64,000 nucleotides of DNA. Source: Bugula neritina. Taxonomy: Eukaryota; Animalia; Bryozoa. Under the pieces are notes generated by a model. That model saw only the letters and a program-made list of their open reading frames with translations, was not told the origin of the DNA and searched no databases. Shown here in pieces: positions 14,901-26,200 of this stretch. Numbering within the stretch: position 1 is the stretch's first letter; each line of letters starts with the position of its first letter. The stretch is taken from contig OZ037766.1 in the NCBI GenBank assembly GCA_964035545.1, forward strand, positions 11,956,722 to 12,020,721, written 5' to 3'. Made by a program: the position numbers and the translations under genes.

Positions 14901-15992
14901 CAGGTTGTTTACCAATTTACTATATACTTTTAGTAACATGGCTAAATTCTACAAACATTATTTAGCTTAAACTCTACCATATCATTAAATATTATACCTA
15001 CGTACTAATAATCTATAGAACTATTATCAGAATATATTAAAATAACATTTTGACACATAGAGTTACAAATACTTACATTCTATATATAAGATGGCCGTGG
15101 AAAAAAGCACTTGTAGCTGAGTGTTCTTTAGTAATAACTAAATCTTCGCATACCCCTCCAGAAAAATCATTATCACCCTTAATATCTCCATTATTTTCAA
15201 TAATAATGGATCGCTCTTGATCTTGGAAGTATTTCCAAGTACCTGCCCAATAGTCTTTTTTACCGCTAGAGCTTTCAATAGGAAGTTTAGCGCATTTGCT
15301 TTGACTTCGAACTGTAAAAATGAATAAAAATGCTGTAATACAGTAGGCTAATAATGATATTAATACTAATAGTAATATGAACATTACTAAAAGAATAATT
15401 TTATTCTAACAGTTATGCTGACGGTTTGAATTTCACAAACTAAACTAAGAGATTTAATGAACTCATTCAGTATTTCCATTAGTAAAATAAACGCAGAGTC
15501 ACTAATTATTAGTCATTATCTTTATGATTTACAGTTTCAACTGTGAGTGTTAATGTTACGATTATCGAAACTGATACTAACACCAAAAGCATAAATTTCA
15601 GTACAAAAGAAGTATATCAATATAAAAATGATAAAAACATGTGAAAAAATAGTAAAAATTGCAAAAAAATGACAACATGAAAAACTATAATTAATATTTA
15701 ATGTTACACAATTTTTAATGCAATCAAGATCATAATGATAATCTCATTCATAATAATAATGTTAATGAGTACTATTAGTACTAGTACTAAACTAAATGAC
15801 TCACTAAATAAGTAAACGTCACACTAACAGTAACACTAACAGTAACACTGCTGAAAAAGATTAAAACATAATTATAATAAAGTAGAAAACTGTGAAAATC
15901 AACATACCGTGTCGGACGCTGGTCATTACCAAAACTATAGCTATAACCAGGACATATTTGTGGGAGCACAAAGTTTTAAATTCGAAAATCAT
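8849..15992 (-). CDS. Secreted, probably GPI-anchored Cys-rich protein of the invertebrate DUF7042/DUF7043/DUF7044 family, 662 aa
   Basis: 14 GT-AG exons: 15992-15908, 15311-15077, 14270-14206, 13589-13509, 13133-12927, 12708-12608, 12351-12219, 11791-11637, 11371-11233, 11084-10947, 10588-10434, 10319-10232, 9995-9747 and 9006-8849. They sum to 1989 nt, in frame. N-terminal signal peptide (YVLVIAIVLVMTSV). Repeated C..P..W.GTW, CLGSW/CVGYW and 'PVECPIGGIY' motifs, plus YLVTYD..FRCWVY and FDDCPQKF. The C-terminus is hydrophobic with no cytoplasmic tail. Confidence 0.85.
11947..12047. repeat. (TA)n microsatellite with recurrent (A)CGAC interruptions
   Basis: Three (TA)n blocks separated by ACGAC/TCGAC, in intron 7 of the DUF7042-type gene. 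Confidence 0.95.
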
Positions 15993-16710
15993 TTTAATTT
16001 TCAATTTGAAAATTTATTCGTAGTTTTACTTTTGTCGTTGAGTTAAATTAAAATCAAAATGAAAATCTCAAAATGTCAATTTCAATTTGTGTTGGTAATC
16101 TAGACAATTCGTGAAATTGTCATTTGCGGAATTGATGTTTGAAAATTGCTAATCAAAACTTAATACTATTATATATTTATACTATTACTAGCACTTTATA
16201 AAAATGTTACATTTGAGAACCCTCAATTTCAAGTCCAGATATGAGGTAAGAGTATTGTTAGTAAAATAAGAACTCTTGTAATGACCTATTTTCAGTAGAA
16301 GAGTATGAACTGTCGTGCTGTAACAGCCCGAATTCTACTTGTGATAGTTATCTTTCCTTGCAGGTAGGATTACTTCATCGGATCTATGAAGTGTGTAATA
16401 AAATTTAGAGTTGGTGCACTTCTCAGTCTTTGGAGAACCTTTTTAGATTATTGGTTAGGTACTGCATCTCAGTCTGGTTTGCCGTCAGCATGTCATCCTG
16501 TTGTCTAGGAGTTTCGGTTCATACTCATACTCATAGTGATAATAATACTAATACTGATACTGATAGTAATTTACTTTTAGTTTGTCTTGAAGATTCACAT
16601 TAAATTTGAGATTGACATTATTTGATCAACCTTAGTATTATAATTGCTTGGACGTAGTGAAAATAAATGTCTTTTTAGTTTTTAATGAAAAATAAATAAG
16701 ATTACTCAAT

Positions 16711-16775
16711 TAGTATTACTATTACTATTAGTATTACTATTACTATTACTATTAGTGAATTACTATTACTATTAG
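16711..16775. repeat. (TACTAT)n-type hexamer repeat
   Basis: Sequence reads tagtattactattactattagtattactattactattactattagtgaattactattactattag. Confidence 0.85.
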
Positions 16776-17039
16776 GGATAGTCATACTCATAGCCTATGG
16801 CCATAGGCATAGCCGCATAGGTGACTACAACTTTTTAGTAAAAGTAAAACTCTTAAACTGTAAAGTAAAACGAAAGGCAGAAAACAATAACTTAAACTAG
16901 TATTACTACTATCCCTAGAAGTAGGTCTACTGCTACATGTCTCAGGCTGAGTCTCACTCTCACTCTGACTCTCAAGGCCAAGGGGCAGGGCGAGGAAGCT
17001 TTTGGTTTTGTCATTTTGATTTGCCTGCAATTTGGAATT

Positions 17040-17330
17040 TTAAATTTCAAGTTAAATTTGGTTATTAAATTTACTAAATAAAATTTAATTGTTATTAAAA
17101 ATGAATTAATATATTTTGATAATGATATTCATATTAAATTTTATATTCATATTGAATTAATTAATATTGTTAATAAATAATATAGTCAATTAATATTATT
17201 ATTAATATTGTATTAATTATTAATATTATTCAATTATTGCAATATGAATAATATTTTTATACAATTTTAAACCTAATTAACTTGAACTTAATTTGTATAT
17301 ATAGCTATTAATAAAAGATTATCTTTATAA
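17040..17330. repeat. Extremely AT-rich low-complexity tract
   Basis: About 290 bp made almost entirely of A/T (ATTA/TAAT words). Confidence 0.8.
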
Positions 17331-17789
17331 TTGTCAGTATGAGTGTGGTGGTGTCATTCCAGATAGACAGCCCCCCATTAGACGACCGTAAATATTTTAG
17401 GGGTCATTAGTTGAAATGGTGCAGTTAGACGATCTCAAATATTGCTATCAAATATATGTGCAGATGATATTTAAATATATTTGACTACTGTAAACTCTGA
17501 AATTCTTACTTGCAATAAAAAGCAATTTATTTCATGAGTTATTAGTTGAAAAATTTGTCGAAATGCTCTCAAATATGTGTACTATTTTATCAATAAGATG
17601 ATATTTGATTACTTTAAACTTTGAAATATGAATTAGTATCAAATAAATGCAACTTAGTATCAAATGTCATTAATTTTCTCAACAATAATGAATAAAGTTG
17701 TCTAAATGGAAATCGTCTATTTGGGGTCGTCAATTTTTATCTACTTTGCCATTTGTGCCATTTTTACCTTAAATCATTCCAAATATTAC

Positions 17790-19400
17790 TATGTAATTTG
17801 CAGTATTTGACATCCCAAGGTCTCCAGTTACTCTGGGAATAACTTGTAGAAGCTTTCTTAAAGTGGTGGATTATGGTATTTTTTCATTTTGTTTTCTAAT
17901 TCTTTATATTTCACTCGGAGATGGGAGTCACCAGGGACTATCAATGATAGTTGTTTTTGAATAGCATATGTCAATACCACAATATTAGACCTCTTAGCTT
18001 TTATGTTTCTGTGGGTGTGTATATTGAAATCTCAAAAGGTTTTTTATGTTGTCAATTTCCATTGCTTATTCCACTTGCTAGTCGAACCAATTCTTGCTCT
18101 TTTGAATTTCAAAAATTTTAATAAATAATTCAAATTGAAGCCACATAATTATGCCTTGCCCTTGCTAGCTTCTCACATTTACTGCGTATGTTTACAGTTT
18201 TATTTCTTGTATTACATCTTTGACACTTCTTTCTCCCGGTAGTTTCTAGCAGCTAGCAACGGTACCTCTGTTTCCTTTTATAACTTTTCATGTGTCAGTC
18301 AGTGCCATGAGTTTCCATTTCTTCTACCTTTCCAATGTGCTGACTACACAAAACCTTTTCTTTCTAACTCGCAGTTTTTGTTTTTAGTTTAACTGAAGTT
18401 TTTCAACATCATATCCTCATGATTGCCTTGCTCTTCCTATAATCTGACAAGCTGCGTTTTTCAATCTTTGCACATTCTTCAATCATACGCATTCGCCAGG
18501 CTCCTTCTTTTCTGCTAACATACAATTTGTCTAAATACTTATAGGATGTTTTTTCTCTTTAGTTTTGAGTGTCAAATTTTTCTTATCCATTAAATAACGC
18601 TCCTTCCTTGCCTATTTTTTATTCCTATAGATTTTTATTCTATTTTTCTCTAGATGATGTTTTTGAGCCATAAAAACAAGGGAAGTGTGTATTTTCCATG
18701 TGTGTGTATACCCCTTTATAAATAATACTATGTTCAACTGCTCATTTTATGCTATTTTGGAGTTGTGCCCTTACATTTAAATTTGTTCTAATTGTGCTAT
18801 CTTTTAGAAGTGTATTAACTACATTCGTTTCACCCTACTTTTGCATGACAATCTAGTCTTCTTTTTTTTAATTATACCTACACCAACTCACATATATTCA
18901 TTACCCAATTTTTAAGTTATTTCATTTTAAACCAATTTCTAAAAATCAATGCCTATGCCAGCTTTTAAAAAGTTCTAAGGGCGAGCTAGCACAGTCATAG
19001 GCATTTATTATATTTGATGCTTTTTTCTATTTCTTTCTAGTCTGTTATCCCATATTTACCTGTAATATGATTGCAAAATCTTTATGTACCAATTTAAATC
19101 TTTTCATTTGCATGTCATCACCCATGTTGATAATTCTCTCTTTTTGTTAAACCTAATAGTTCTGTTCATCATTGCAAAATTAAAGCTTCTTGACTGGCAT
19201 CGAATTATTAAATCACTTTGAAAAAATGAAGAGTTATGTTTTGCCAATATGGAAAGTGAAAAGGCTTTGAACTATGCATTATTGTTTAATTTAATTTTGC
19301 TTTGTCTAATCGATAATTGGTTGAAGGATATTATATTAGCTCTCTATTCCTCTTGCCCTCTAGTCCCTATTGAAAGTGAAAGTGCTGTCTAATATTTCAT
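17790..19400 (-). mobile_element. Decayed non-LTR retrotransposon of R4/Dong-like type (RT, zinc knuckle and REL endonuclease)
   Basis: Minus-strand fragments with stops and frameshifts occur in the expected order. GTRG.. (about 19350), then LYVSRKEG..RMIEECAKIEKRSLSDY (about 18440-18525) and KETEVPLLAA (about 18250-18280). The zinc knuckle KCQRCNTRNKTV..SKCEKLA.ARHNYVA is at about 18140-18230. The REL-type endonuclease DFNIHTHRNIKAKRSNIVV..IID.VPGDS..KMKKY..VIP.VTG.LG is at about 17810-18030. Confidence 0.75.
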
Positions 19401-20235
19401 GTAGTTAAAACAATCATTGCAAGTTAATGCTCTCTGTTTAATACACATGTGCTGTGTAGGGCTGTACTTTCTGTAGGTTGCATTTGGTGAGGCAATATTT
19501 TAGCCCCTAAAATTATTTTCATTATATTATTATCAATGTTGAGTACTTGAGTGTTTTTCCTTGACAAGGAAGTTGATTTTCTCAAGCAATTGATTTGGTA
19601 TAATGACTTCAGTTATAATAATTATAACAGATTATATTGTTTTTAGAACTGATTTTCAAATGTAGAGTATCATTCCAATGAAGCTGCTAATAGTTAGAAC
19701 TAGAAAAATAATTTCATCGTAATTGTTTTACAGAAATCCAGTAACTACACCATTGTTTTACATTGTTAAATAGTTATACAGTATTCTGAACTCCAGTGCT
19801 AAATCATACGAGTGGCTAAGTGCTACTAAAACTCAACATATTTTTTACGCATATAAATATAATTAAGCTATAAATACAGTTTAGTCTTCAGAGGAATACT
19901 AGTCCAAATCAGTCGAATGTCCGGGCAATAAATAATTAAAGCTATTCACTTGTAAGTTCATTCATACCTCCGGTTGACAACCTGTTCATTCAACCGTCTC
20001 AAATTACTATACACATCACACGTTATCATTGCAGGCATTCAATCACTTGAGTACGGCTAATACAACGGATAGTAGATATGCCAAGCAGTCGCTGTTGATT
20101 GGCAATTCATAAAGTCTCGACTAGCATACGTGCTCACTACTCTAAAATCAAGGCTGCTGTAAACAGATGTCATAGTGAAATATGTAGACACAATCAAGTG
20201 GTTTTAATCAGAATTCAGAAGCTGGTCACCTGGTG

Positions 20236-23200
20236 ATGGCGTACAAAAAGATCGAAGGACAGATAAATAAGCACAGCTACACTGTATCAGTAGTAGGACT
20301 TTCTGGCACAGAGTCTGTTAAAGGTAAAAGATATTGCTTGTCTTTTGGTAGCTATTTGATGTAACTATAAGTGGCCACCCTTGCTGGTAGTTAGATACTG
20401 AGTGGGCGGCATCCTGGTGTAGAGGCAAGGGGTTCCTCTAGCTTTCTGGTTACTATGATGGAGATATGTAATACTTTCCCTTCTGTACCTAGTGCTAGGC
20501 GAAAGCTGAAAATATTTTCATGTTTATATACTAATAAGTTTTTTTAACTTTAAACATGTTTTATAATCGTTTGCTAAAGTCTAAACACTGGTTGGAATCT
20601 CTCCACGCACAATTATTGTTGTAAAAATGAGAAATGTGTTTATCTGATATTTGTATATCAGATAAACTTACTTGTGTAGTTAGTAGACTAGTGCTAGTAA
20701 AGTTGTTTGCTATCTTTATCATCAAGTTACAGAAATCTACCAAAAACTGAGTATTGCTTGTACATATAAGATGGCTAACTTACACCAATAGCGTGATATT
20801 ATCTGTAATGACTAGCAGGAACAGTTATAACATCGTATTATCGCACAACATCACTGTATCACAGTATATGCCATTAGAATGGTACCATATAGATAATAGA
20901 CAAAAATATATTATCATAGAATATAGATCATCCCAAAATATCCTATACAATAATTTTAAAACTGTATTTGGAGTTCAGAATGAACACACCTATTTAAAAT
21001 TACTTATACCATATGTCTACAAAATTTTGACAAATGATATAGAATATATAGTATCAAAATTACAGCATGCATAATTTTTTTGGGGATGGGCTGTTTTATG
21101 CTATAGCTACATTACTAGGCGGAACATTGACAAAGTTTAAACCATAGACCATCAGTTTTGTTCACCTTTTTAGTTTTTACCACTTGACCACTATTTGTGT
21201 TTGAAACTCAGAATGTTTGTTTTATAGAAGTAAATACAACATCTACATGATGATTTTTCATCAATTGCATTGAGTTAAATTAAGAGTAGCCAAGAATCCA
21301 TATGCATTGCTTATATAATAGGGTGTGGCCATTGTAGCTAGTAGGTGGGTGAGGGGGCAGGATTTTACTGCATAGGCTTACTATCAGTTCCTTCTTATGA
21401 CATGCTGGTCCGCAACACTCTTCAAACATTGTTTAGGATTTTATTGTATTATATGTAACTTGTCCTTCACCCTTGCCATTGACTTGTAGGCCGGGTAGGG
21501 GTTGGAAAGAGTTGTCTCTGTAACAGGTTCGTGAGGCCCGCTGAGGATGACTTTCATACGGACCATCTATCGTTACTCAGTGCTGCTGATTTTAATGGAC
21601 AAGTAATAAACAACGACCACTGGCTGTACTGGGGTTTGGCCAGTAGGCTAGCTGATGATGGCACAGAATACTCATTTAATGTAGTCGAACAGACCGAGTT
21701 CTTGGATGACACTACATTCGCACCGCTACGAGGCGGGAAAACAGATCCGTATTTAAAGCGCTGCTCACAAATTAAAATACAATCTGCAGAAAAGTTGATG
21801 TATATTTGCAGAGACCAGTTAGGTAAGTGGAAACTACAGACCCTGTACCTTATGCTGAGCATATACATAATTATATTTATTAATCCGCTATTTTGTATAT
21901 TTTTATATTGATTTTTCACATGTATTCTACGGTGTTATTTTTATACTCACTATAGGTGAAGTATAAGTTTAGCACGCATGTGTAGTAGACTTATCCAGTT
22001 GAAGTACTTTGACAACCAACATTCTTGGCCCTCTTCTCTGAAACTCTTATGTTAAATTTTTCAGACAAATTTGTTTTTTTGTAATTCAAAACTTTAGCTG
22101 TTGTGCAGTATTAATAGAGTAGTATAAATAGAATACCAGGTCAACCCAGTCAGATGTACTAGATATAGGATATGATAATATAAATCACATGGGTCCAGAA
22201 GTGATTATTAAATGTGTTGGAATACATTACATATGTACATATGTTTACAGCTAAACTAGGATGAGTAGTGTATTGCTAGACAGAGAACTTGTAATTATTG
22301 TATTAGACCACTGAGCAGACGACATTGTGATGTCACCTCCTGTTGTAATATCTGCTGCAGGTTTAGAAGATCAATTCCCGGAAAAAAAGTTTCCCACGGG
22401 GAAAGTAGCAGTGGACGGGTTCGTGTGTGTAGTGGACGTGTCCCGAAGTCAGGACCGCAGTCTGGAGAGTCAATTGGAGTTCCTCAGCAAGATCCTCTCC
22501 GCTCTGATAAAAACTAAGAAACCAATAGTGATGGCAGCTACCAAGATGGACGAAGGAAGTGAGGCTGTGATGCTGGTTAGTTGAGACTTTGCCTACTAAT
22601 ATTAGTGTTGGTTACCTACTGATTTAGAGGTAGGTGCAGTCATGGAAAAAATGGAGAAAAGCCTGTTTTCTAAATTAGAAATGTAGCATAAGAAGTTATG
22701 TTCATTGAGAGGGTTTCAACCCGAGCCCCTAACCAAAATGGAATAATAAATATAAAGAACATGGGCCATCTCAATTTCTCCACTACTGCTCCTAAATGCT
22801 GACTTATTAAATAGTCTGAGATTAACGGTTCATGTTGTGCTTTTTGACACCCTTGTGCCCTTATATCACACTATTTTAGGCTATTCAACGGTTATAGCAA
22901 AGGTGCTGTGTGCTTTCAATTTTTATTGAAGATTCAAAGTAGTTCTTTTATTAAATGACATAATTTTTATAAAGAGGACAAATGGGGACTGATTAAAACT
23001 ATGCTGTACTGCTCACTGCCTTGTGTTATAATAGTGTGTGACTGACTAACCTCTACTAAGCAGTCTAGACTTGAGTTCCTCTGAAATGTAAACTAGTTTA
23101 TTTGACTATATTTGTATAATATATATTGTTGTGGTGTACTGTTTGTGTTGGTCTATTTCCTAGCTAAATAATGGCTGCCTTTCATATCCCTGTAACAACC

Positions 23201-26200
23201 TTATACTGTAGGATGTGCAGAAACTGCTGGGGAAGAAGAGTATAAGCCTGATAGAAACGTCTGCTTTAAATAATGTCAACATCGATTTACCCTTCATGCT
23301 GCTTGCTAGCCTCATAGGTAGGTGTTGTCATAACTACTTCCACTGCCCACCCATCTTTTCAGCTGTTTAACTGCCCTTGTTCCTGTTGATGTCTTAACAG
23401 CTTCTCAGTGTGTGGATTGAGATATTCTGTTGTTATTAATTGTTGGGCGTTAGAAGTCTTTGACTTCAGTGTTTAATTTAGACAATTTTTTCCCACAGAA
23501 TTGAATGACTTAGTAAATGATATTGTTAGTTTAATGCATGGGCATGGAGAATACACAGGCTTATTAAAGCAATGCAAGTATTTAAAAAATGCAGGTATTG
23601 TGTTTCACTGAATGAGTCTGATTAACACAGGGGAATTCAAAGCTCATATGAATATGGACATGCATTAGTTTCTGTGAAGTTTGATACCAACAAGTGAATT
23701 GCTATTAACACATTTTTGTTGCCTTCTGTTGAATAATTGTAATATTATGATGCTTCATGTATATTTTACGTAATCGCCATTGTGTCGCAGATTTTATGTG
23801 CTATTTTGACGTTGCTTAGCCACCATATGCACTTCCTGCATTCTTTATAAAAAGTATTTAGCTTTTTCCTTCATGTAATCATGTGGAAACTTGTCATGAC
23901 TCGTGGGATTGTTGGGAATTTTTACATATTATGCATCAGTTACTGTATCAGTTGGTGGTTATATAAATAGAGTAATGGTAATATGCAAAGTTTCCAGTGA
24001 TGCAATATTGTTAATCATGGGTTAGAATATATAAATCCACATAATATATTGTATTTATTTGTTTTTATCTCTTTGCTGTACCATTTGTTCACTTGGCTGA
24101 TCATTATCACTGTTCTGTAATATAACATAATATCTGATATGTCTATCAAAGGTTCAGATAGGATGACAAGCAGTACTATTCAAACTTGTTCCCAACTATT
24201 TCCGACCACACTATGATTACCAAATCCTCCTTCCCACCTCTCTCTACATCTCTCTCTACATCTCCCACCATTCTCTACATCTCCCACCATTCTCTATATC
24301 TCCCACCTCTCTCTACATCTCCCACCATTCTCTACATCTCCCACCATTCTCTACATCTCCCACCACTCTCTACATCTCTCACCTCTCTCTACATCTCTCA
24401 CCTCTCTCTACATCTCTCTACATCTCTCTACATCTCTCTACATCTCTCACCACACTTTATATCTCTCACCTCTCTCTACATCTCTCACCTCTCTCTACAT
24501 CTCTCATCACACTTTATATCTCCCACCTCTCTCTACATCTCTCACCTCTCTCTACATCTCTCACCTCTCTCTACATCTCCTACCTCTCTCTACATCTCTC
24601 ATCACACTTTATATCTCCCACCACATGGCACCAACTCTTTCTTTGCCACCTTTGCTCAGGCCAAAAGCTAATCTTGCTCATTATTTTCAGACAAGACTCG
24701 AACCTCAAAGCCAAAGATAATCTCTTATGCTGAAGCTAATAAGTTGAGACAAGACAAACTAGATGCAGCCAGACAGGCTTATGGAAATGTGTTGAATACA
24801 CACATTACAGTGAGTACCCATGTACAGTCACTCATTTGGCATAATCACGAATGTGGGGGCCTAACTGCTTTATTATCACTATTATTATTATTATTATTAT
24901 TATTATCATCATCATCCTATTTTGGAAAACAGCCCAACTTACATATGCATACCAAAGCATCCTACAACAAAATGTGAGATAGCAGCACTGCAAGCTAAAT
25001 GCAGTTTGACTACTCCAAGAATTGTCATATTTTCTACTGTGCAGTGACTGCCATTAATTTAGTGAAATATTTTAGTGTATTTCATAAGCTTGACTGGAGA
25101 TTGATAGAAATGCCTTTAAAATATTCATGGAATGTTTTGAATGAGGTCATGATAGATTTTAACTGGCCATCACATGAATGTCTTGGAGTAGTTGTAGAAT
25201 TGGTTACAATCTAATGAATACGGAGGACTAATGTGATTCTGGTAGAATGAAAACTTGGTACAAGTTTCTTACAACCAACAACTCGATGCTTTTGTTTTGT
25301 TGCTGGTTTCCTTTTAAATAGCTTTAGTCACTTCATAGTCCTATTTTATGAGGTGTTTCTATTAATATGCCTACAAATACCTCACCCTGTTATTAGAGAT
25401 TGGTAGAATATTAGGCTGTGTGCACTGACTACCCATTATATCACTGTCATGTGCACTTCCCCTCAGCTTGGCACATTGGAAATGTATCTTCCTCTCTTCA
25501 TAAGTATGCAGTTATTCCTTCCGGTCAGACAGACAAACTGAGAATTGTGGTATAATCAGCTCATATAACTTTGTTGATGTATCACATCACTCTATCATGA
25601 TAATTCCCTTTCTTTTTGCTCTAACTAACTCACGCAAGGTTATAGTCGCCGTCCCTGTGAGAAAATCCCTAATGAAAAGGTTTTTTTGTTAAATCAGGTT
25701 AAGGACTTATTCAGATAGGGCACAAGAGCAATTATGACTGGATGCTCTTCTTAACACCAATGGCCTTTGCCGGGGGGGGGGGGGGGGGGGGGGGGTTTGA
25801 ACCCATGACTTTGTGTTTACTAGGCAAACGATCTAACCTCTAGACCACGACTGTTCCCTCTTGCTTTAACTACCTGCCTTCTTCTATTCTCTCCTGACAA
25901 ACTTTCTAAAGTTGGGTATCACGTTGCAGGACTACAGATCACTGTGGCGCTCATGTACACCTGAGCTGGAGAAGTTTGATGACTTCACCGTGTATGTTGA
26001 ACTGTTTGGTCTGAGGAAAGCTAGGAGTTTGTTTGTCAACAGAGTCGCTCAGCTGAGACAGGAGTATATCACAAAGCGTAAGGCTGAGTACCTCGGCCAA
26101 ATGCCAGGATTGTTGGAGGAGCTCTTCCCTACACTCGCATCTGTGGGTGGAAGGTTAGTTTAAACTGCATAGTGGCATAACTTCTTTAGGAAATTAAATG

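Noticed and set aside
17345-17740. Possible MITE with TAGACGAC-type inverted subterminal repeats
   Set aside because: The inverted similarity is real but too degenerate to define ends or a TSD, so it is not listed as a feature.
20754-21074. 106-aa intronic ORF (and other AT-rich ORFs such as 272-538, 27092-27433 and 55072-55317)
   Set aside because: Their I/L/N/Y-rich composition is typical of chance ORFs in AT-rich DNA, with no motifs or compatible splice sites.
24186-24671. 161-aa S/L/H/P-rich ORF
   Set aside because: It is the translation of the G-free minisatellite, which rarely forms stop codons. It lies inside a p190 intron whose flanking exons join in frame.
25780-25858. Possible tRNA gene (A and B boxes)
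   Set aside because: No complete cloverleaf was evident, and it continues into a body shared with a second dispersed copy, so it is a SINE head.
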